A stretch of 64,000 nucleotides of DNA from Candidatus Hydrogenedentota bacterium (GTDB taxonomy: Bacteria; Hydrogenedentota; Hydrogenedentia; Hydrogenedentales; JAEUWI01): NCBI GenBank assembly GCA_034669905.1, contig JAXMOL010000012.1, positions 1 through 64,000 on the forward strand, given 5' to 3'. Of the stretch, positions 19,007 to 28,098 are shown one piece after another. The notes under the pieces are model-generated. The model was given only the letters and a program-made list of their open reading frames with translations, was not told the DNA's origin and made no database searches. Each line of letters starts with the position of its first letter. The stretch's first letter is position 1. Both the position numbers and the translations under genes were made by a program.

Positions 19007-20353
19007 ATGCGATATCTTGTCGGATTGTGGGTGGCAATCGTCGGACCGTGGTGCCTTTCCACGCCTGCCGCCGAACTTCCCCTGCTTTTCTGGGACGCCG
19101 ATGACATTGTCGCCCCCTTTGGCACCATCCGCTTTGGCGCTCACCCCCTCGAAAACGAGGGACGCGCGGTGGGTTATCCCGACATGCAATTCGGCTGTGA
19201 GACACCGGGGCCGGAGGGAACCACCCGCATCTACGGTTGGCGTATTCAGAATTGGGCTGATGCAGAGAATCGCGTCATCCAGGTCGTGCGCTGCAGGACG
19301 GTAGACGGACGGAATTTCACCCACGAAGAGGTGGTCTTTGAATACAAACGGAGCCAGTGGCAGGGCTTCGCCAACCTGGTCTACCGTCCCACCGATGGGG
19401 CGGTGTTCCTCTTCTCCTGGGCCGAATGGCCGGGAAAGCTCCACGTATTTAAGAGTGTCAATGGCACCGATTGGGAGATGGTCTCCGACAACGCCTTTCA
19501 GGGCCACGACGCCTCGTGCTTTTTCTGGCACGGGCCCACACAGCAGTTTGTCGTGGTCCAGACCATTGTTCAGCCTTACCCGAAGCGCTATCCGGACAAC
19601 ATCGGTGAGCTCCGCCGGGTGCTCTCATTCCTGCGGTCTCCAGACGGCATCACCTGGGAGAAGTTCTCGCCCGACTTCCTCCAAGGTGCGGAGCTTTGGA
19701 CGCCCGATGACAGGGACCCTGCAGACCTGGAGTTTTACCGGGTCGTTCTCTTCCCGCTCCAAGACCGCTATGCGCTGCTGCTCAACGATTACATGCCGCC
19801 ACCTTCCGAAGCCAATTCCCGCCGGGCGCTCACGAAACATGGCCCGCCCTATATGACCGAATGGGCCATCAGCCGCGACGGATTGAACTGGGCCCGCGAC
19901 TTCCGCGAGACCAACGCCTTCGAAGACCAGTTCTGGCTCGCCCTCCAGGGGCCTCTTATCCGCGAAGGCCGCCTCCGCTTTTACAAGCCCGACGGCCTCA
20001 TCGCCAGCCTGCCGGAAGACCGCGTCTTTTATACCACGTGCCGCGCCAACGGCGAATTCTCGACACCGGTCTTTCGCATGCCCGCAGGTGGGCTGAGCCT
20101 GAATGCCGACGTGCGCTATCGTGCTGCGGAAGGGGAGTCGGGCCAGGCCTACGTCATGGCGGAATTGCTGGACGGCGACGGCAACACGATTGAAGGCTTT
20201 GAGCGGCAAACGTGCCTCTTTGAAAATGTGGATGGTCGTGGGCTGCCCATGCACTGGGGCGAAAAGGACGGCGGAAGCCTGGCCGGCCAGGCCGTGCAGC
20301 TACGATTTTTCCTCCGGGACGCGAAGATATATGGCCTTTCGGGGGTAAAGTAA
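19007..20353 (+). CDS. Secreted hypothetical protein, glycosidase-like beta-propeller with C-terminal beta-sandwich
   Basis: RBS AGGAGG; signal peptide; Asp-box-like SPDGITW and SRDGLNW; C-terminal GQAVQLRFFLRDAKIY. Confidence 0.7.
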   Translation: MRYLVGLWVAIVGPWCLSTPAAELPLLFWDADDIVAPFGTIRFGAHPLENEGRAVGYPDMQFGCETPGPEGTTRIYGWRIQNWADAENRVIQVVRCRTVDGRNFTHEEVVFEYKRSQWQGFANLVYRPTDGAVFLFSWAEWPGKLHVFKSVNGTDWEMVSDNAFQGHDASCFFWHGPTQQFVVVQTIVQPYPKRYPDNIGELRRVLSFLRSPDGITWEKFSPDFLQGAELWTPDDRDPADLEFYRVVLFPLQDRYALLLNDYMPPPSEANSRRALTKHGPPYMTEWAISRDGLNWARDFRETNAFEDQFWLALQGPLIREGRLRFYKPDGLIASLPEDRVFYTTCRANGEFSTPVFRMPAGGLSLNADVRYRAAEGESGQAYVMAELLDGDGNTIEGFERQTCLFENVDGRGLPMHWGEKDGGSLAGQAVQLRFFLRDAKIYGLSGVK

Positions 20354-20416
20354 AGGGAGGGCACGAGCGCCCATTGACAATTCTTGAGGCTTTTTCAAAA
20401 AGTAATCAAAGGGGCT

Positions 20417-21199
20417 ATGACAATGATGCGTTCTACGGCAGGTTTCTTCGGCGTGACTATACTTTTTCTGGCAGCTGGGTGCGGGAGTCCAGGTCCAGGG
20501 ACTTTTCGGGGAGCGCCAATCGTTCTCCCGGAGGGTTACACCGTAGCGATTTTGGATGACCAGACACCGGGACACACGTGGGGCGTGCTGCAAGAAAGCG
20601 TTGTCGCCATGGAGATTGCCCGCCTGGAACTGGATGCGACCGATGCCGAGGTGGAAAGGGCATCCGAGGCGCGCCTCAATTTGCCCGATTTTGACGGCGA
20701 TTTGGCGGAGGCGATACTGTCCCAAGGACGTGCCATGAAGGAGGCCTTGTTGGCCTGGCATGCAGCGCCCGCCGAGAGTGAGACTATCTACGAGTCGATA
20801 CTCGCGCCACACGATGTATCACCCGAGGCGTGGCGGTACATGCAGGAAACCTACAATACGGCAGAATCGGCGGAACAATATAACGTCCCTCAAGACCGGG
20901 CCGGTCTCATCGACAGAAATAAGCTCCAGGTCCGCAAAGAACTCCTGCGTCAAAAACTCGCGGAACACATCGATGGAGAGCCCATCACGGCATCGGGCCC
21001 CCGTTGGGATTCCTTCACAAGGAACTACGACGCCGAAGAGCTGCAAGCCGCGCGGGGAGGTGTGGAGATGATGTTCAAGAATCGGCGCGCTGACCAGATT
21101 CTGACTGACTGGATAGTTCAGATGTTGCAGGAAGAAGAACTGATACTCTCCAAGCACTTGGCCGATCGGGTTAAGGTGTGGGTACCGCCCCGGAGTTAG
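20417..21199 (+). CDS. Hypothetical lipoprotein
   Basis: Lipobox AAGC after a hydrophobic stretch; long ORF. Confidence 0.65.
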   Translation: MTMMRSTAGFFGVTILFLAAGCGSPGPGTFRGAPIVLPEGYTVAILDDQTPGHTWGVLQESVVAMEIARLELDATDAEVERASEARLNLPDFDGDLAEAILSQGRAMKEALLAWHAAPAESETIYESILAPHDVSPEAWRYMQETYNTAESAEQYNVPQDRAGLIDRNKLQVRKELLRQKLAEHIDGEPITASGPRWDSFTRNYDAEELQAARGGVEMMFKNRRADQILTDWIVQMLQEEELILSKHLADRVKVWVPPRS

Positions 21200-21578
21200 A
21201 GGAGTCTGGTGCTGGAGGAGCCAGATCACACTACCGTTCGGGCGGTCCTACGGCGCACCGACGACCTGCCAGCACAAGGGGGGGCGATAATGGTGGCTTC
21301 GCTGAAGTGCGGTGCCGCGGGCTCCCGGTAAGACGCGTATCAACCCGGCCCCACGGGTTCATTCGCAAATCGTCGCCCCAAAAACGGTCTCCCGCCAGTT
21401 TCCAGGGTACAAAAATCCGGGTCCAGCACCTCCCGAAGGGAGTTTGCTGAACCCGGTAATAAGTGGTCCTCATGTCTGCCGTTGGCGGTAAGACTTCTTT
21501 CAGAAAAGTTGCCTTACTTCCTCCGCCATCGGCTAACCCCGGCATCCCTCAAGCACGAACAAAAGGGTGCCGCAGGAA

Positions 21579-22646
21579 TCACGGGGACTGCCAGTTGCGG
21601 TCGGAGTGGGCTTCGACGGTCATCATGAACGCCTTGTTGCCGGCTTCCTGGCCGTACTTGGCGAACTCAACGTGTCCATCCATGTAGAGGACATTGGAAC
21701 CGCCCGGTACGTGGTTGAAGTTGTCGGTGTTGCGAATGCCGCCCGCTTCCGAGAAGGAGTTATCCCACATGATAGCGGAGTTGGACTGGGCCTTGGCGCT
21801 GGCACCGGGGTTGTTGATGTCGGTGATCATGAAGCGCTCGATACCTTCACGAAGGGCCATGGCCGTAACCACACGCCCGCTCGTCAGGGTAAAGGTCGCG
21901 TCTTTGCCCATGTTGGCGAAGAGTCCACGACAGTTGGGGTTCACTTCACCGGCCGTAGCGGTCGGTTTGGCGTCGAGGGACTGGGCGGAACCGCCGGTCG
22001 CGGTCGTTTCGCCGAAGACGATATCGTAGTCGTCGGGTACGCTAAACCAGCCGGGATCAACCATGTAACCCCAGTAGTTGTAGGACCAGTAGCCGCCGTG
22101 GTAGTAGCACTCTACACCGGGGTCGAAGATGGACGGATCGCAGTGCTTGCTGCCACCGGCCGCCGGGGGGATTTTACCCGCCATGAATGGGTGTATGGAG
22201 CCATCCCAGCCACTACCGATGGTACGGTGCATTTTTGCGCCGGAGGTGCTCCAGAGGTAGTCGGGTTGCTGGGACTTGGCATAGTCACCGTCCGACGGGC
22301 AGAACTGAATCTGGATGTCGGTCAGGTATTCGGGGTAGACGCTTTCCGTGGAGTAGGCGCGCTCAAGGGTAACGCCTGCACCACGACCTGCGGGGTAGTC
22401 CATCCAGAAACGAATACCACGGGGCGGGAACATTTCACCCGCACTTTCGTTGGCATACATTTTGAAAATAGTGCCGTGTTGTTTGAGATTGTTGGCACAG
22501 GAGGCACGACGTGCCGCCTCGCGGGCCCGGGCGAGCGCAGGGAGCAGGATGGCTGCCAGGATACCGATAATGGCGATCACCACCAGGAGTTCGATCAGCG
22601 TAAAGCCGCTCTTTCTCGTGGCTTTGTGAGAGAAATTAGTAGGCAT
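21579..22646 (-). CDS. DUF1559 prepilin-type protein with H-X9-DG motif
   Basis: [40 protein letters not shown]. Confidence 0.93.
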   Translation of the reverse strand: MPTNFSHKATRKSGFTLIELLVVIAIIGILAAILLPALARAREAARRASCANNLKQHGTIFKMYANESAGEMFPPRGIRFWMDYPAGRGAGVTLERAYSTESVYPEYLTDIQIQFCPSDGDYAKSQQPDYLWSTSGAKMHRTIGSGWDGSIHPFMAGKIPPAAGGSKHCDPSIFDPGVECYYHGGYWSYNYWGYMVDPGWFSVPDDYDIVFGETTATGGSAQSLDAKPTATAGEVNPNCRGLFANMGKDATFTLTSGRVVTAMALREGIERFMITDINNPGASAKAQSNSAIMWDNSFSEAGGIRNTDNFNHVPGGSNVLYMDGHVEFAKYGQEAGNKAFMMTVEAHSDRNWQSP

Positions 22647-23445
22647 GGATATGCTTCCTCTAAATGTGTAAAACTATTATTTACAAAGAACTTGAAAATG
22701 AATAGATAATATGGCAGAAAGAGGAAGAGAGGGAGATGATAAGTCCGGAAAACTGCCACCCGGGTAGGAATCAATGTGCCCGATGAACTCCGCCGCATTC
22801 TGCCGCCATTCAACTACCAACCTCATCAACGCATAGGCAACCCTCCATCAGGACACTTGGAGTTAAGGTGTATATGCCCGCACCATCGCCGCATACGCCT
22901 TCCCGCTCCAAGGGCTTCGTCAGCTAACTGAAGCCAAATTCTACGTTCACACTGCCATACTGATCGCTAATCAGCAGAAAACGTTTCTACATAGTTGCAC
23001 GAATTCTTTATGCTGTCAAGATTTTTATTTTTCAGGGAGATAGGGTGAGAAAATTGGTGAAATAGGACAGAGGCCCAGATAAAAAATAGGAAAGGCGTAA
23101 GAATTATTTCGGGTAATGTTTACGGGGTTTTTAGTCGATTGTTGTGGGAGTTGGTGTGATAAAAAGTGCAGGGAGGGGCCTAACGAACGGTAGGAATAGA
23201 GGGCGTGATTCGGGAGGCAATTGTTGTGCAAAAGGTAGTTTGTTGTTCCGAAGCCTGGATTTAATAAGAGCGCTTTGCGGAGGAAAGTAGAAAGAAAATC
23301 TGAGCGCGATTTGCTCCGACTCTCTACGTCACCGATGGCGTAATTTGGTGAAGTTCGGTGGTGGGGGCTTGGTCCCAAAGTGGGACACGCCAGGGATCGC
23401 TAAGGTATCGGCAGGAAGCTATCAACGGGGTGCCCCGCGTGCGAC

Positions 23446-25080
23446 TCAAGGGGATTCCGGGGGGAGTGCCCGTCGGTCAATCCCGAGTTTCTTGATCCGA
23501 GAGGCCAGGGTAGTGGGTCGGATGCCCAGCAACGTAGCGGCGCCGCGGTCACCGCTGAGGGTGCCTTGGGTCCGCTGGAGTGCCCGAATGATGTTGTCTC
23601 GCTCGAGGGCTTTGATTTCGCGATCAGTCAAGATTTTGTTCTCATCCGCCGGGGGGGCGGGGGAATTGGTGGGCGTGGGGGTGACCGCGGCGGACAGACC
23701 TCCAAGCTCGAATTCGAGATCGCGTCCCTGGGACACGATGACGGCCCGCTCGACCACGTTTTGAAGTTCCCGGATATTGCCGGGCCAATCATAGGCCTGG
23801 AGGAGCTCCACGTGGCGTTGCTTCAGGGTGGCCGGTGGGAGTCCAAAGCGCCGGGTGGCCCCCTCCAGAAAATGGAGGACGAGATCGGGGATATCTTCCC
23901 TGCGCTCCCGGAGTGGGGGTAAGTGAATGGGGAAGACGCTCAGGCGATAGTACAAATCAGGTCGAAAGCGGGTCGTGTGGGCCTCGTTGAGCAGACTTCG
24001 GTTGGTCGCTGCCACCACGCGCACATCCACCTGGTGGGTTCGGTCATCCCCAACGCGCTCAAACTGCCCTTCCTGCAGCACGCGGAGCAATTTGCTCTGC
24101 AGCTCGATGGGGATTTCGCCGACTTCATCCAGGAACAGGGTGCCCCCGTCTGCAAGGGCAAAGCGCCCCGTACGGTCGCGGTGGGCCCCGGTAAAGGCGC
24201 CGGAGACATGGCCGAAGAACTCGCTCTCGAATAGTTCGCGGGGTACGGCGGCACAGTTCACGCGGATGAGGGGGCGCGCTGCCCGGTGGCTCTGCTCGTG
24301 GATGGCCCGGGCGATGAGCTCCTTGCCGGTGCCCGATTCTCCCTCGATGAGTACCGTCGAATCGGTCTTTGCCACAAGGGCGATTTGTTCCATAACCCGA
24401 CGGAGGGCCCCGCTGGATCCCACGATGTCACCATAATCAGGATCTTGTTTGACCGCTTCCCGGAGATATTCATTCTCCTGCTCCAATTGCTTGCGCAGGC
24501 GGTCGATTTCTTCAAAGGCCCGGGCATTCGCGATGGCCGCGGCCGCCTGATCGGCGAAGGCGCGCAGGACCGTAAGGCATTCGTCGCCCATCACGTCACG
24601 GGAGAAAACCGCCAGCACGCCCAGTACCTCCCCCCGAAAGCGAAGGGGCTGTCCGGCGAAACTGAGAATCCCTTCTCCTTCTACCCATTCTTTGTCGAAG
24701 ACCCAGTCCCGGTTGTCCAGCAGATCGGTGATAAGCAGCGGCTCTCCCGTGGCGGCGATCTGACCCACCTTGCGGATGCCAAAGGGGAAGCGCTTGTAAT
24801 TGCCGTCGATATGGTCAAACGTCGCCCCGGGGCTGCGGAGAGAGTCGCCTGCGCTGGACACAAGATGGAGGCAGCGCTGTTGGTCGGGACACTCCGGGCG
24901 CATGACGCAGGTTTCGCACAGGTCGCCAGGCTCCAGGAGCCAGACGCGCGCCAGGGCCATACCGGCTTCTGAGGTTAATCCCTGCACGATGGTTTGGAGC
25001 ACACAGTCGACCGAATGTTCGCAGGTGGCAGCGAGTACGATATTTTGGAGGGCATCGAGTTTCATGGGCTTAGTATGCAC
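23446..25080 (-). CDS. Sigma-54 enhancer-binding protein (GAF-AAA+-HTH, FhlA/HyfR-like)
   Basis: GESGTGKE, GAFTGA, LFLDEVGE, WPGNIRELQN and C-terminal HTH; start may instead be 25065. Confidence 0.93.
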   Translation of the reverse strand: MHTKPMKLDALQNIVLAATCEHSVDCVLQTIVQGLTSEAGMALARVWLLEPGDLCETCVMRPECPDQQRCLHLVSSAGDSLRSPGATFDHIDGNYKRFPFGIRKVGQIAATGEPLLITDLLDNRDWVFDKEWVEGEGILSFAGQPLRFRGEVLGVLAVFSRDVMGDECLTVLRAFADQAAAAIANARAFEEIDRLRKQLEQENEYLREAVKQDPDYGDIVGSSGALRRVMEQIALVAKTDSTVLIEGESGTGKELIARAIHEQSHRAARPLIRVNCAAVPRELFESEFFGHVSGAFTGAHRDRTGRFALADGGTLFLDEVGEIPIELQSKLLRVLQEGQFERVGDDRTHQVDVRVVAATNRSLLNEAHTTRFRPDLYYRLSVFPIHLPPLRERREDIPDLVLHFLEGATRRFGLPPATLKQRHVELLQAYDWPGNIRELQNVVERAVIVSQGRDLEFELGGLSAAVTPTPTNSPAPPADENKILTDREIKALERDNIIRALQRTQGTLSGDRGAATLLGIRPTTLASRIKKLGIDRRALPPESP

Positions 25081-25193
25081 GAAATATCGTTGATTGGCAA
25101 ACGAAAAGTCGTAGAAAACGAAATTTCGTCGAACCGATGGCGTGGGGTGGTTCGTCGTAACATGCCGAAATAAAAAGAGATACGAAAAATCGT
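25079..25193. promoter_or_regulatory. Four palindromic ACGAAANNTCGT boxes (putative upstream activator sites)
   Basis: ACGAAATATCGT at 25079, ACGAAAAGTCGT at 25101, ACGAAATTTCGT at 25118, ACGAAAAATCGT at 25182. Confidence 0.75.
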
Positions 25194-25198
25194 TGTGG

Positions 25199-25215
25199 TT
25201 GGCATGACTCCTGCC
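25199..25215 (+). promoter_or_regulatory. Sigma-54 (-24/-12) promoter
   Basis: TTGGCATGACTCCTGC: GG-N10-GC, divergent from a sigma-54 activator gene. Confidence 0.8.
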
Positions 25216-25299
25216 TTATAGCGTCCATGCTGAGGCGTAAGTGCTTCGGCCCAACAACGGCCGGCCAGCGAGGCCCGCCGACTACGGAGGAGAATCGCC

Positions 25300-26250
25300 A
25301 TGAACGAAAGAAAGGCAATCCGATTGATTGCCACCCTCAGTGTCTTGGGTGGGGTCATGACCCTGGCCGGGAGCGCCGCTTCCGCCCCACCCCAAACCGC
25401 CCATCGCTATGTCAGCCTCGACGGGATTAACGTGTTTTACCGGGAAGCGGGAGACCCTGACCGCCCCACGGTGCTGTTGCTTCACGGGTTTCCCACGTCG
25501 TCCCACATGTTTCGTAACCTGATTCCCCGTTTGGCCGAGCGCTACCACGTCGTCGCCCCCGACTATCCCGGCTACGGAAACAGTGATGCGCCCCCGGTCA
25601 CGGAGTTCAATTACACCTTCGATCATCTGGCGCAAGTGGTGGGGCAATTCACCGAGGCCTTAAACCTGAAGCGTTACAGCCTCTATCTCATGGACTATGG
25701 GGCGCCCATCGGATTCCGGCTGGCCACGGCCCATCCGGAGCGGGTGCAGGCATTGATCATTCAGAACGGCAATGCCTACGAAGAGGGACTCACCGACTTC
25801 TGGGATCCTCTCCGGGCCTACTGGGCGGAGCAGCGCGAAGAAACCGAAGCGCCCTTACGGGGGCTGCTCACCCGCGATGCGACCTATTGGCAATACACCC
25901 ACGGTACGCGGGAGCCCGCCCATATCAGTCCGGACAATTGGAATGTGGATCAGCCCCTACTGGAGCGGGAAGGCAATCAGGCCATCCAACTCGCCCTGTT
26001 CTTGTCCTACGGAAGTAATCCACCGCTTTACCCCGCATGGCAGGAATACCTGCGGACGGAGCAACCGCCCACCCTCATCGTGTGGGGTAAGAATGACGTG
26101 ATTTTCCCGGTATCCGGTGCAGAGCCCTATCGCCGGGATCTCAAGGAGGTGGAGTTTCACCTGCTCGACACCGGTCACTTTGCCCTCGAGGAAGAGGGCG
26201 ACACGATCGCGCGGCTCATGCGGAAATTCCTGAAGCGCCACGTGAAGTAA
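25300..26250 (+). CDS. Alpha/beta hydrolase (epoxide hydrolase-like)
   Basis: LLHGFPTSS, nucleophile MDYG, TGHFALE; N-terminal signal-like segment. Confidence 0.92.
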   Translation: MNERKAIRLIATLSVLGGVMTLAGSAASAPPQTAHRYVSLDGINVFYREAGDPDRPTVLLLHGFPTSSHMFRNLIPRLAERYHVVAPDYPGYGNSDAPPVTEFNYTFDHLAQVVGQFTEALNLKRYSLYLMDYGAPIGFRLATAHPERVQALIIQNGNAYEEGLTDFWDPLRAYWAEQREETEAPLRGLLTRDATYWQYTHGTREPAHISPDNWNVDQPLLEREGNQAIQLALFLSYGSNPPLYPAWQEYLRTEQPPTLIVWGKNDVIFPVSGAEPYRRDLKEVEFHLLDTGHFALEEEGDTIARLMRKFLKRHVK

Positions 26251-26322
26251 CGGAAACCAATCCAAAACCCATAACCCACGCAACACATAACAACCGGGTC
26301 AAACCCACAAAGGAGAAGCATC

Positions 26323-26895
26323 ATGACACGTATCAACACCATCGAAGTAAACGCCGCCACGGGAAGCGCCAAAGAACTCCTCGAAGCCGTACAGCAAAAA
26401 ATGGGCATGGTGCCCAACCTCACCAAGGTCATGGCCCAGGCCCCTGCGGTGCTGGAGACCTATCTGAAGGGGAGCGAGGCCCTGTCGGGCGGCGTGCTCT
26501 CTGCCGTGGAGCGCGAGCATATCGCCCTGCGCACTGCCGAGCTGAATCAGTGCCACTACTGCGTGTCGGCCCACAGTGCCCTCGGCAAGATGCAGGGCCT
26601 GTCGGAAGATGAGCTGCTGGCGACCCGGGCGGGCAAGAGTGATGCCTCTCGGGCCCAGGCCCTCCTGGACTTCACGACAGCGGTCGTACGGGAGCGGGGC
26701 AAGGTCAGCGATGAGGACATAGCGGAAGCCCGGGATCGCGGGCTGACCGATGCTGATCTGGTGGAAGTTGTAGGGCACGTGTCCCTCAACCTCCTGACCA
26801 ATTACCTGAACAATGTGGCCGGTACCGCCATCGACTTTCCCAAGGCAGCCCCCCTGGCGGAGTCCGACAGCGCGGCGACCTGTTGTCACGGGTAG
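26323..26895 (+). CDS. AhpD-like / carboxymuconolactone decarboxylase family peroxidase
   Basis: GMVPN, NQCHYCVSAH (CxxC), TNYLNNVAGTAIDFP. Confidence 0.9.
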   Translation: MTRINTIEVNAATGSAKELLEAVQQKMGMVPNLTKVMAQAPAVLETYLKGSEALSGGVLSAVEREHIALRTAELNQCHYCVSAHSALGKMQGLSEDELLATRAGKSDASRAQALLDFTTAVVRERGKVSDEDIAEARDRGLTDADLVEVVGHVSLNLLTNYLNNVAGTAIDFPKAAPLAESDSAATCCHG

Positions 26896-26955
26896 TTCAG
26901 TGACGAATACGCGTTCCCTGTCCACACATCCATACCCAAAGAAAGGAGGCCCCCT

Positions 26956-27306
26956 ATGGCCCACTTAAACGAACTGAATCAACAAAGTTTCGATGTCACG
27001 ATTAACGGTGCCGATACGCCCATACTGGTGGATTTCTACGCCCCGTGGTGCGGACCGTGTAATGCCCTCGCGCCTACACTCGAAGAAGTGGCGGAGGAAA
27101 CCAAGGGCCGACTTCATGTCGTCAAGGTGAACATCGATGACAGTCCCGAGCTTGCCTCCCGGTTTGGCATCAAGAGCATTCCCTCGCTCATTGTCTTCAC
27201 CGCCGGAGAAGCGGCCGCCCAGATTCGCGGCCTGGTTTCCAAGGGGGAACTGATGGCCCAGTTGGCTCCGGTGCTGGATGCCCAGGCCAGCGCAGCCGCT
27301 AACTAA
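26956..27306 (+). CDS. trxA: Thioredoxin
   Basis: DFYAPWCGPC and SIP motifs; RBS AGGAGG. Confidence 0.93.
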   Translation: MAHLNELNQQSFDVTINGADTPILVDFYAPWCGPCNALAPTLEEVAEETKGRLHVVKVNIDDSPELASRFGIKSIPSLIVFTAGEAAAQIRGLVSKGELMAQLAPVLDAQASAAAN

Positions 27307-27367
27307 GGACCCCGGGGAGCGCACACGACGGGGGTCGTGTGCGCTCCCTTTTCGGAGCTGTGACACC

Positions 27368-27970
27368 ATGACCTATGATTTTCTTGTGGATACCTATGAA
27401 ACGGAAGTACAGAAAGTACTGAGTGTGTGGGCGATGTTCAACGATGAAGATCTCCACATACGCCCCCATCCGGAAGATACCCGTGGCCGCAACCTCTTGG
27501 AGCATATGGTCCACCAGTGTGTGAGCGAAAATCTCTGGTTTTCCACGATGTTGGGGATTCACGTGACGGATACGCCCCTCCCGGAGCGAGAGGTCCGTCT
27601 GGAGTTCATGAACACCTATGCAAACCATGCCCGCCAGCGTCTGGCCCGGTTGAGAATCCAGCCGGAGGATTGGTGGTCTACCGTGGTTCCCTTCTTCGAA
27701 GTGCCCCGCAGCCGCGCCTGGGTCATGACCCGTCGTATCGCCCACACCGCACACCACCGGGGCCAGCAAACCACGCTGTTGCGTCAGATAAATCGTCCCC
27801 TCCACAGCACCTATGGCCCCACGGCCGATACCGGCGGTCTCATGCAGCACCAGGCACCGGTTATCTATGCCTACCCCGATACGGAAACGTTGTTGCGGGA
27901 AGAACACGGCCTCCGCGCCAAGGGGGACTTGCCCGAAGCGCCCGCGATAGCCGTTACTGAACGTCCGTAG
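27368..27970 (+). CDS. DinB family protein
   Basis: EHMVHQC and RRIAHTAHHRGQ His motifs; YGPTAD. Confidence 0.88.
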   Translation: MTYDFLVDTYETEVQKVLSVWAMFNDEDLHIRPHPEDTRGRNLLEHMVHQCVSENLWFSTMLGIHVTDTPLPEREVRLEFMNTYANHARQRLARLRIQPEDWWSTVVPFFEVPRSRAWVMTRRIAHTAHHRGQQTTLLRQINRPLHSTYGPTADTGGLMQHQAPVIYAYPDTETLLREEHGLRAKGDLPEAPAIAVTERP

Positions 27971-28098
27971 AATTTCCTGAAAATCTCACTTGACGCACCT
28001 TGTTCCCGCCGTTACACTGGGCGGATTGCAACGAAGCGGTGCAACGCGGCCTGGCAGGGGTGCGGTGTAACCGTAACCAAGTCGGGAAACGGGTTATT

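Noticed and set aside
22740..22980. c-di-GMP or other known riboswitch
   Set aside because: Only a GGTTGCC fragment is present; the conserved GGCAAAC/GNRA-receptor architecture was not found.
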